Source: Phoronis australis
Taxonomy: Eukaryota; Animalia; Phoronida
Assembly (NCBI GenBank): GCA_002633005.1
Contig: NMRA01000587.1
Location: forward strand, 62,001 to 126,000
Direction: 5' to 3'
Length of the DNA stretch: 64,000 bases
In this document: one piece after another, positions 53,618 to 64,000 of the stretch
Layout of the letters: every line of letters starts with the position of its first letter
Position numbering within the stretch: position 1 is the first letter of the stretch
Translations under genes and position numbers: made by a program
Notes under the pieces: generated by a model
Database searches by the model: none
Told to the model about the DNA's origin: nothing
What the model saw: only the letters and a program-made list of their open reading frames with translations

Positions 53618-54812
53618 TAACGTGACAATTAAGATAATACAAAATCTGAGAAAAACATGACGAACGCTCTTCTCCACATATGCGTCTTTTGAATCCTTAA
53701 AGGAGGTGTCTTGTTTCTTAGTGACCTTAAACTCTTTGTTTTAGTGACTAAAAATGTGACTGAAATTCCTAGTGAAACTCTTGTTTTGGTTGTGACTATA
53801 AAATTCTGGAACCATCACACGCGACACGTCTCCGAACTGGTTTTCGCCCTCGGAGGTGTCCGTCGGGGTAACAGGTAGGCCGTAGAGTTTTAATATTGTT
53901 TTGCTTTAGGTCATGGCCGACTGAGCTGAAACAGTGAAATGAAACGGTGAGCTTGAAAAACTGGATTTTGATCACACTTGAATTTTAAATATCAGTCACA
54001 TTCGTTTGACCTTTTCGATGATGCTTTGAGAGCTTTATGTTTTTAAAAAGGCCCCCCCATTTTGCTTTTAAACTAACTAAATAGTAAATTTAGTCGTTTC
54101 ACTTCATTGTTTAAATAACTTTAAAGTGAAGAAATTATAAGTTTAACTTTGATCATCCTCAGGCGCCTAGTCACTCCATCCACAAAAGCGTGCACGCGGC
54201 ACTCACTCAACTTATAATAAAACACCTATAAGATAACTGAAGTCTCACAGTCACTCTGTGTCCTAATACTGCTACTGGTGCTAATTGCTGCTGACTAGAG
54301 TTACTGCTACTAGTACTAGTACAACTGCTACATATACGACTACTTATAACTAGGACCAATATCAATGTATAATACTCCCAGCTAATAATAACAATTTAAC
54401 AATAACAACACAGAAAAATTCTCAGTAGGCCTACTGAGGCCTAGTGGTATAGTCCTATAGGCTATTAGCCCGCGATCGTCCCTATAAAGGAGACCTATCC
54501 AGCTGGCTGGGTGTCGGCGGCACCGGGGACGTGTCCAAATGAATTTCAAAACATTTTATCCAAACCGACTAGGGACTTCGTGGCTATGATTTTCCCTCAC
54601 TCCTGGGCCATACGTAGTTACTTTGCGCACCAATAGAGGACGCGTGGTTGTTTTTCATATTTCCAAAGTTAAAGAATACACACTTCCGGATTTGGGATTT
54701 TGGGATCTTTTTCTGCACAGCTTCTCCGATTTGGTTATTTGCAGACTACTCATTGGCGATAATACTTTAGGTGATCCCTAGAAACGACTGTAGCGGGCAC
54801 AGAATATTACCC

Positions 54813-57800
54813 ATGGAATCCCAGGATGATGGTTTGGTCGTTGTTCTTTCTGAGCGATTATCGCATCTGGAACGCCTTGTCTTCGGTTCTCAGGATAAAG
54901 ACGCCCAATATCCGAAGGTGTTTGGCTTGGAGTTGTTCATATTTTGTTTCATTTTGAATTGTTTAATAATTTGTTGTGCTGTATCTGTTCTCAGTATTAC
55001 TAGAACAAAATTGAGACAGATGCCCTGTTCACAAGAGGTTTTCAATGTGCTGGTCCAGTTCAAACGATGGTACTTTCCACTCCACTCTCCAGTTTTAAAT
55101 CAAAGGCGTCCTCAACTTCTGACTGTCCCCAATACACTATATAGAATACTAGTATATATAGTGTATTGAGGACTATCAGAAGCTGAGGATGCCTGTGTTT
55201 TAAATATGACTATGAAGTGCTGTTTACACTCCACACGCATAAATCACTGATTGGTAGCAAGTTATTTAGTGGGGCTTTATATGATGATATGTTACACCCG
55301 TTGTTTGACAGTATCACTGTCTCAAGTGGTTGCAGTAGAAATGGTAGTTATCCCATAGGCTCGTTCTGTACACCGGAAGCTTTTCAGCAAACTATGCCTC
55401 ACACTGATCTTTATAACACTTCTCAACTCAAACAAATACTCCCGCAATCAAACTTTTTTTTCAAACGGTCCTTCATTTAGTTGCCAAAATCGGCAACTGT
55501 TGGCCGTTTTTACACATCCTGTGTTAACCCACACAGCCTTTGTTACCCAGAAATGTTTGTATCAGCACAATAGGGCAAATGTTGTGGGATTCTGTGGAGA
55601 GGAGATTCATTTGAGTCAATAAATGTTATCGTGTTAGACAGAGAGTTTGTCATTTCAGAGTATGTTAGTTGAAGCCAATTTTCCTGGATAGACATACTGG
55701 TATCAGCTTTAAATTATCTGACTCATGGTCCAGGATCCTCGAGTTGATGTCCAGGAACGCTGACAATGGGTGACTCAGTTTTCTCTGGAATGAGTCATTC
55801 CCTACAAGAAGGAGCTAGGAGGCACTTTTAAAGCATCATTAACACTTGGAGAATATAACAAGCTATGAGTTTACGGAAATTTTGATTTGTAATTTCCATT
55901 ATTCCATATCAAGTGGTTCACCTGTCCATCGTGTATCGCATGTTTGCTCAGCTTTGTTGGCTTCCTTTGGTAGTTCAGTGTTCTCCACAACTTGTTATTT
56001 TGTTGACTGAAAACCAATGCAATGAATTTGAAGTACTTTGAGATTAGACATTTCTTAAGCAAATCGGGACCTTTTGGAGTTTTGGTGCATGTTCAGTGCT
56101 TTTATTCCAAGACTTAACACACAAGTTCCTCACAGTACAGACCTGGAACTTTCATTCACATACATGAATTTCGTATTTCAGTCGCATTTGATTTTTTTTG
56201 TTGGAGAGAACACTAGGATTTTGTGATAAATCCCTTTTGGTGGTCTATGACTTCGGGAACAATGCATCCGTGGAGTAAAACTTATACTTCAGTGGATGAA
56301 ACTGGTTCTCAAAATCGGGAACCACCAAAACGGATTAATGAAAGTCAGTGTATTAACAGCTAATATCTGCTGTGGACTTGTTCATTGCAGTGCATTGAAA
56401 GTCTGTCCAAAGTAAATGCACACCTATCAACAATGGCTGCTGGAAGAGACAAGGTTTCCGAAGCTTTCAATAAAGGTAAGACCATTTGCTGTAATTCTCC
56501 TGCGGGACTATTTTCACGACGGCTTCCACTATCGATTTAACCGAATCTCTTCTTGGTGAAAATCGATGAAATTTTGGAACAAAGAATTGGCGGATAATTC
56601 TCCAGTGAATTAAGACAGTTTAATAGGTTCTTTTTGTTATACTTTCTGGGTTTTGCCTAAATACTTGAACGAGAATTTGTTTGAATACTACAGCTGTATG
56701 GGGTGCTGTTCAAAAGAACAGTTCAGTTGTTGGAACCTTTGTATTTTTTCAGCTTCAGAACTGGACGCACTCATGGACGCTGGTGCTAACGACGAGTTAA
56801 CTATGCCTCCCACTGTGAAGGCTGACGTGGTTATAAATGGTACAGACATTTTTAGATTATTTAATCGTCATTTTCATACATGTGCAAAACGTAAGTATTT
56901 AGCTTTGGGATGACGGGGCTCCAGGCTTGCTGCCTACATGTATTTCTGACGACATAAAGAAACAGCCATTATTAGTAATTTGCAAGTAAACAACCGGTTT
57001 AATGTTCTTCAAGTGATATGTAGGCAACGAGTAGTGTTAGAATTCTGTGATGATGACAAATTGTTTATGGTTTTCTAGAAGAGGACCGTTTACGACAAAT
57101 AGCTGCTGATTTGGAGACAGTACAAAAGTTGTCGCATGTTCTGGACAGTGAACACATTAAAGGTGAGAAAATTTCTTGTGAATTAGATGTATCTGATTCG
57201 AAAATCTATAAAAGAAGGAATTACTGAAATTACGTCAAAAATTCTCAAGTTAGGGATTGAAAAAATAATTATTCCGCTCAACACCGTAGTTTGTACCAAA
57301 TTGAGAAATTAATTTTGGCATCCCAAATTCAAGGGCACTGGTAACAGTTTTACTCATGCATAAATGATCAGTGTTGATTTTTATGAACTTTCAAAATTAT
57401 CTTCAGACCCTGTGATGCATATACATGCTCTAGTCCACAGTTTGAGAGATATAATGCTTGTAAAATTTGCCCATACATAATCATGACATGTTTTGCCGGT
57501 AATCTAGTCTTTACAATCCGTTAGCAGTCAATATCCACATTTTAAAGAGCAACTGAAACCACAATAATGGTTTACTTGTGGTTGCTACATTAACTGTTAG
57601 TCAACTGATTGTTCAGTGCAGCTGAAACCCTTTTAATAGGGACTCTCAAACTATAGGTCTTATTAGTTGATCGATTTTTAAATTTTCAAGTTAAGATTGT
57701 TTTATTGAAAATGATTTTTACCAGACATCTAAATTGATTTCGCTCCTTAAAAACGTTTTCTACCACTCGCAAGAAGGGATTTTTTTAATGATGTAGGCAA

Positions 57801-60392
57801 GGTAAGAGTTGGATTTTGTTTACGCAGTCATAAACACAGTGGCAGCTGTGGCTGACGACCATCTTAGCCATGGATTGGACACAGCTGCGTGTTGGTGGGG
57901 TAGTGGCCAGTAACAGCTCCTTATGGAAGGCATACGGCATGATGCAGATCTAGGTCACTCTTGTGTTTTGGGCTTGTTCTTTCGCATTACTTTTCTTCTC
58001 GATTTCAGCGGTGCCTGCGTTGTCAGACCAACTACAACTGCTCAGTCAAAAACAGCTGGAACAGCAGGTAAACCCAGTTGCAGGGGCTGGGGTAGAGGGC
58101 TGCAGGATGGAGGAGAGGAGAAATTACTGAGACAGAGGCAGGGGTAGAAGCTGCAGAATGGAGGGGAGGAGCTTAAATGCCCATGGCAGAGAATAAAGTG
58201 CCAAGTGACGTTTAGTGAAACTAGGGCTCTACCTGTTGTGTGAGAGCCTTATCACATTAACGTCTGCAAGCTAATGAGCAGCTTTCTGTCCTCTATCTGT
58301 TCAGAGGATAAATAGTGAACCCTTTCCTCATTAGCGCTACCTTGTGAATATCTAGTTGCCCATTTTTTTGTGCTACATTACTGGTGGTTGAAGGCATGCT
58401 TTGCTAGTTTCAGAACGGAAAGTTTTCACCTCTTTCAAACAAAAGTAACTGCTAAAATTGTCGACAGTTTGTACTGTGATACTGTGTAAAGTGCTACTAT
58501 TTTAACCAATCCTGGGCTCACCATAGGCAAACAAAGCCTAACTGTTCTTGGAATGTAGCCTCTTAATCCTTGTGGCAAGAGGGCAGATCTGCAGTCAGAT
58601 TTCTGGGTGGACAGTTAGAAGGAAGATTATATATCTGATGAACGTTCACATGTGAAGTTTGTGGACATTAAGTTTAATCTACCTGCTGATTGGTCGGCTT
58701 GTGAAAGCTGTATGAATCATATGAAAATTAGCCAGAAATTCTTATTTCAAACTTTTGCTGATTTTCAGCTTGCCAGAATTTTGTCAACGTTTATGGAAAC
58801 CCCTGACCGTATTCTTAGGCAATTGCAGTAAGGGCTGTTCCAGTAAAATCCGTGTGGGAGGAGGGGGACGGCAGTAGAAATAAAATTTCATGGGTGGTGG
58901 TCTTCAGAAAAAACTCAAATTATGGGTGGTCGTTCCTGTAAGAAGTGATGCATTAATAATGGGTGGTATATTTTGACCTGTTAATGTTGACAGATTGATT
59001 ACTTTAGCTGTCTAAACTAAAAAAAATGCAGTTGGCATATATCCTAACTTATCCCTATAGAAAAAAGCCCATATTGCCAGTGAACAGAGTGCAATATGTT
59101 CACTAAGCCATTAATCAAGTCATGGGCAACTGGATTTGACTGATTGTCTGCAGTCGTATTGAATTGAAAAGTTATGCAACACTAAACTGGTGTTAACACA
59201 TATAAGTAAATTGACGATTTTTAAATAAAAAGTATGAGGAGTAAGATAAACAAGTTCCAATATTCACTTGTCGTAGAAGTATAAAAGAGTTTGTGGAGAT
59301 TGTTTGAGATTCATAGATCCTTATAATTGAAAAAATGTTCATTGAAATTATAGACACATGGTGAACAGAGACACCTGGTGGCTGCCAAAAGTATTGCTCA
59401 CAGGCTACTTAAGTTTTTGACAATATTGGACAAGACAACTAGTTCTTGTCTGTCAATCATCTTATTTCTTAACAGGTCCTCCTGGAGGCAATTTGTTTGC
59501 AAGTGTTGGATTTTATATTTTAACCTATTAAAAATAATTAAAAAATTATGGGTCATGGGTAGGATAAATAAATGAAAAATATGGGCGGTGGGTACGAAAT
59601 AAAAGTGCCTTCCCCCCCTTCCATACAGATTTTGCTAGAACAGCCCTAACCCCCCAGTTGTCTAGTAGGCACATTGTGTTGACTGGAGTGACGATTTTTA
59701 CAGAACAAAGTCGAAGAGCATTCAACTTAAAACACAGAAACATAAAAGGGATGCTAACTTTTGGGATAAGGCTTGACAGTTGAGTTCATGAACAAAATTT
59801 CATTTTGTCTGCCTATCTTATTCATGGATGGTTTTGTATTTTTCATTGATCTCTTTTACATTTTTGCAGGACCGTACTGCTGTTTTGACAGATGATACAA
59901 AGAGACTGATCTCGGCATACAACAACATTGTATCCTTTGAGCTGTGATAAAAAAATCAAGATCAAATTTAGTAGTGATTATACTTTGTTAAAAAATCCTA
60001 TTAAAGACCACTGCCTACTTTGTGAAGTTTCAATTTTAATATTTCCTGCCATGAAAGCAACTTAATAACTGTTGCCTTCACTTTAACTCCCAACACTTGA
60101 TTTATTAGTCTCTCGATAAAACACCTTGCGCAATAACCCAAATGGGTACAGTTACTGCAGTATACTTATATTAGCACAAGTTCATTATGTATTAATAAGT
60201 TTTAGGTTTTACCTTTCCTGAAATACCATTATTTGCACTATGACAGAAGACAAAAACGCATTGCCTTTAACTACTGTTCAGATAACAACATTGTCCAAGC
60301 AGTTTGTACAGTGGGATGACACCTTGACCAGACTGGAGCTGTCTCAGCAGGGGTCAGATCAGGGTCAGCGGGCTGTGTACCCATCACTGTAG
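54813..60392 (+). CDS. DCTN3: Dynactin subunit 3 (p24/p22); 7 coding exons, 196 aa
   Basis: Exons 54813-54917, 56391-56475, 56753-56839, 57079-57162, 58009-58067, 59870-59929, 60282-60392 (105/85/87/84/59/60/111 nt), in frame. Motifs LSERLSHLERLVFG, VLDSEHIKAVP and YNNIITTLSKQFVQWDDTLTRLE are characteristic of DCTN3. ETS-type ACTTCCGG at 54682-54689 upstream. Confidence 0.93.
55094..55204. mobile_element. Palindromic (fold-back) MITE-like hairpin in DCTN3 intron 1
   Basis: AGGCGTCCTCAACTTCTGACTGTCCCCAATACACTATATA pairs with TATATAGTGTATTGAGGACTATCAGAAGCTGAGGATGCCT; flanked by tttaaa on both sides. Confidence 0.75.
56229..56336. mobile_element. Degenerate palindromic MITE-like element in DCTN3 intron 1
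   Basis: AATCCCTTTTGGTGGT...ACCACCAAAACGGATT with further internal pairing (catccgtggagta/tacttcagtggatg). Confidence 0.6.
58832..59646. mobile_element. PIF/Harbinger-like non-autonomous transposon (815 bp) in DCTN3 intron 5
   Basis: Left GGGCTGTTCCAGTAAAATCCGTGTGGGAGG; reverse complement of right GGGCTGTTCTAGCAAAATCTGTATGGAAGG. TAA on both sides (58829-58831, 59647-59649). Confidence 0.85.
59930..60281 (+). other. U12-type (minor spliceosome) GT-AG intron, DCTN3 intron 6
   Basis: Donor GTATCCTTT; branch-point-like CCTTTAAC at 60264-60271, about 10 nt before CAG, with no polypyrimidine tract. Confidence 0.88.
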
Positions 60393-63300
60393 ACTTCTGA
60401 CCTCTTGTGACCACCATGTGACACGTCACGCGACCTATCGTTGATGATGTGCACGCCATGTGGATTTGTCACGGAATGGTGCATTATGTGCTGCAGTTTG
60501 GAAAATGAACCGCAGTTATCTTTGTGTCTTCAGTTGGTTTATGTCTGTTGTTTTTGTTAATGGAGGTCTGGTTCCTGTGCCAAATGGAGGCATTCTGTAG
60601 CTGTCGCGCAATTGTTGGATTGGAACCATTCGACAATATTTGCTCGTTTTTTTTGTTAACTTGTGGACATTGGAGTTGTATATTTGGGTCATTATGTGAG
60701 ACTGCCACCAATACATGTGATGGTGACTAGTGGCCATTAAAAGCTAATTATGGAGAATATACAACACGTTAAAGAGGACATCTCACTATTTAGTGTACAA
60801 GTATAGTTTTCAATTGGTCTTGAGTTTTTAAAATGAGTTCTAGCAAAGCTTGCTCGCTTGGTGCAATGAGCCCAACCATGTGGCCTGCGCACGTCTGATG
60901 CACCGCAGACGACATCAGGCCTCCTGCAGTGTTTTTTTTAAGGCTCGTACTGTAAGCTCTAACTTGTTACACTACTCGTCATCTTACAGTGGCGATAATT
61001 TTTTTTTCTAAACAAGAATAGATTTCTGGCTTTTGCAAAGAACTGCTAGAAAGTTTATTATTCCTTGAGACCATGCTTGGTGCATTAAGTGGGACGCAGT
61101 GATAAGCCGATCTGTGTAGACTGGTCCCAAGAAATAGTGAAGTGTCAGTTGTTTTAGAGCCCAGAGATCAAATCAAATTTGACCAAGGAACAATTTGAGA
61201 CCAATACTATAACAGGAAGTGGTCTAAATCAAAAGTTGGTTTTTGTGACGTAAGGAGGTTTATAGCCACAAAACTTGGAAATATGTGGATTCTGTCAGGT
61301 TTTGCATTTCCATGGTAGTAGTTTATAAACAGTTAGTGACGTAATTATTAAATGTTTATTTATTAAATCAATAACTAAATCATTGGTGTTTCAAGATTAG
61401 AATTTTTGCTTTGTGAATTTTACTTTCAGAGCCACAAGGTTGTGCTATACATCCTGAAGGAGTCATATTTCTGCATCAACATTCTAAAACTTTGTTGTGT
61501 TGTCATTACTAAATTTTTTATCGGTATCATTTTTAAGCATGGTCTGCATGCCACCTGTTGGCCACATCGTGAGACCTAATGAATTTTAGTCACGGACATT
61601 TCTGCTCCAACCAGTACACGAATCCGGAAACTTCTGCTAACGGTGCAGACCAAACTGAAAAATGTTTACAATCTACATTTCCATGGCGGTTTAAGATTTA
61701 CATACTAAATGTATATATTTGTCCCACTCAAGTCTGTAACCCTTGGCTTGTTTACAATCATGAAATGTGAAACTAAATGTAAAATTGCAGTGAAAACATC
61801 TGGTAAGTTTGTCTACGCCGAATAAGTGTCGCCTAAACAGCCAATGAAATTTTGCCTAGGAGGACAACCAGCAATTGGTGCAAGGAAATGTATTGCCATT
61901 CACAATTTACAGCCAACAGTTGCAGCCCAACGGCATATACGTGGGCTCGAAAGACTATAATCACGTCCCATTTGTTGCAATGAATATTTCCTACAACAGT
62001 TGCCAATTGCTCTCAATTTCTTCCCAAAACCAATATTACATACCTTTTAAGATTCCTGAACAAGCTCTATAAATAGCAAATAAAATGTTGCATCAACAGC
62101 GATTGAAGTCTCGAGGTGTTTATTTTTAACCACAAGCATAAAGATTTCATTGTGACCAGACGCCTTCTGTAACTTGATCACATGACATCACTGTACATGC
62201 CCTAGATCAAAAGTGTTAAGAAAAGGTGTTTTGTAAACAAAGAATCAAAACAGTGATTGTTTGGGTTTCAAGTTCACCAATACCCAGAAGTTTTTGGATT
62301 TTGATACTTAGGACACTTTGAGTAATGCTACGTGACTATTAGAATGAGGTAGAATATGTATAATATGCACAAAATATCTAGATCGAATGCATTTATGGCC
62401 TCTAAAAACAGTTTGATGCAAATTACGCCAGTAGGAATATGGAGGGCGCAGCATTGAAAAAAGTGGGGCAAGCCCTCTCTGGTGCACCGTCCATAGACCA
62501 TGGGCAATGCGACACTGAAAAAAGTGAGGGTCCTATAGCCCCCCAGCCCCCTATGGTGCGCCGCCCATGTCTGGTAAATGGAATAAATTCATCTCAATAG
62601 AGTTGTAGTCTTTACAAGAACAAATCTACGAAATACAACTTTTATTCTTCACAAGTCCATTCTAACATGGGAAAAACTCCTTGCTGTACAATCCTCAAGC
62701 AACAAATATCTTATACAATATACAATGGAAACTGTAGCAGTAAAACTCAAAAGTCGGACACGCATGAGTCAGATTTTTGCTTAACTTTGACAGTCCACAC
62801 CACAGTTGTTCTAGTTCATGGGCCGGGCCTTTAAGACAAATTTCGCCACACTCGGATGAAATCTCGCGGTACGGTTAGGTGGTGTCACATCCTAATCCAT
62901 CCTGTAGGGTGCGAACGATTTTCAGCAAAGTATGCTTAATCATGGCTATTACTAAAGCACTAAATGTACATTTTGAGTGTAGATGGACACCTTTGGCAGC
63001 AACTAGAGTCTTTCCCCTTTCAGCTTGAACAAACACCGACAATCAACATTTTTCTGAATGGACATTCATTCTGTTGACAAAACTGAAGACAGCTCCATTA
63101 TAGTCAACGTGTTTGAGATCAAGCAGAAAGATATTGAGCGTTTTGGGGGAAGTCACCTGACTACCAGACACACTGAGGGAGGCAGCACAGACGAGGGACC
63201 TGTCTAGGCCAAGTTGAATCCGACTTCTTTGAGTTTAACTGTACTACTGGAATTATAAGCAATACATCACCTACTAGTAGAGTTGACAACTACTGCAATT

Positions 63301-63808
63301 ATTGCATTAAAATCCTCATTACATGAAATTCCTTAAAAACTGTCCAATGTCATACTAGTTACCATAAGCGATGGTTCCTGAGCTTGCAAAACCAGTTGGT
63401 TGCAATGGCCACTGCCATACGCCTGGAAATTAAAGTCAAAACAGCAAATCCCTTACCGTGGACACAACTTTTTCACGGAATACACAAAAAATGAGAAAGT
63501 CAGATGCATGAAAATCAGATCTGCTTAAATGAGGCAAAATTACATGGGATGGTTTTCTTAATCCGTACACTTGGTGCCCATAGGTCATTCACAACATTCG
63601 GGGTCCGGTTGAATCCAACTTAATGCTTGTTTTACAATACAAGAATGATGTCAATGCCATTAACCGGGTCATTTTTTGTAAAATAGCTTTCACCGGTCTG
63701 TTTGTACTAAAAACTATATAATAAAAAGTATGAGCGAGTTTATCTAACTATTAATGAAGAAAGTCAATTCAGAAGACACGACACATGTCCTTCCCAGTTG
63801 GAGGGTCA

Positions 63809-63893
63809 TCAGTGACCCCCAGCAGCGCCCCCCTCTGCTTGCTCTTTCTTGGCTTGGGCAGCAGCCTGCTTCTGTCGCATGGCGTCTGCATCC
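63809..63893 (-). CDS. SERF: Last coding exon of small EDRK-rich factor (SERF/MOAG-4 family); upstream exons lie beyond the window
   Basis: Minus-strand acceptor tttccag|G GAT GCA GAC GCC ATG CGA CAG AAG CAG..., giving (R)DADAMRQKQAAAQAKKEQAEGGAAGGH*. Matches the SERF RDxxxMxxKQ motif. Candidate polyA signal AATAAA at 62646-62641. Confidence 0.8.
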
Positions 63894-64000
63894 CTGGAAA
63901 TATCAAAGTTCACTGATTATGGGGGACTTGGTAGTACAGTGCCATAACGGACAACAGAGTTCCCCAGTTATTGTCACGAAATGGCAAAAAAAACTATTTT

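Overview
Intron-rich, AT-rich animal genomic DNA (marine-invertebrate-like; the species cannot be determined from sequence), with assembly gaps at 22773-22973 and 53248-53313. Hand splicing gives a complete 4-exon C1GALT1-like core-1 beta-1,3-galactosyltransferase (minus, 574-4441), a mitochondrial-clan cytochrome P450 with 9 traceable coding exons and an unresolved start (plus, 8738-18120), a complete 7-exon DCTN3 with a U12-type last intron (plus, 54813-60392) and the last coding exon of a SERF-family gene (minus, 63809-63893). The most notable content is an ~8-9 kb tandem triplication (~33-53 kb) of a 3-exon secreted precursor gene that the ORF track shows only in pieces: signal peptide, acidic propiece (net about -20), KR site, then an 84-aa Arg/Tyr/Trp-rich, 7-Cys mature domain (net about +20) with Spaetzle/neurotrophin-like cystine-knot spacing. 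Two copies are intact and one is a pseudogene. The promoters carry kappaB-like, C/EBP-like and TATA motifs, and a conserved tandem splice donor could also yield a short amidated hairpin peptide. Function is inferred, not shown. Many MITEs, a LINE 3' fragment and microsatellites are present, several with filled and empty sites visible between the duplicated units.
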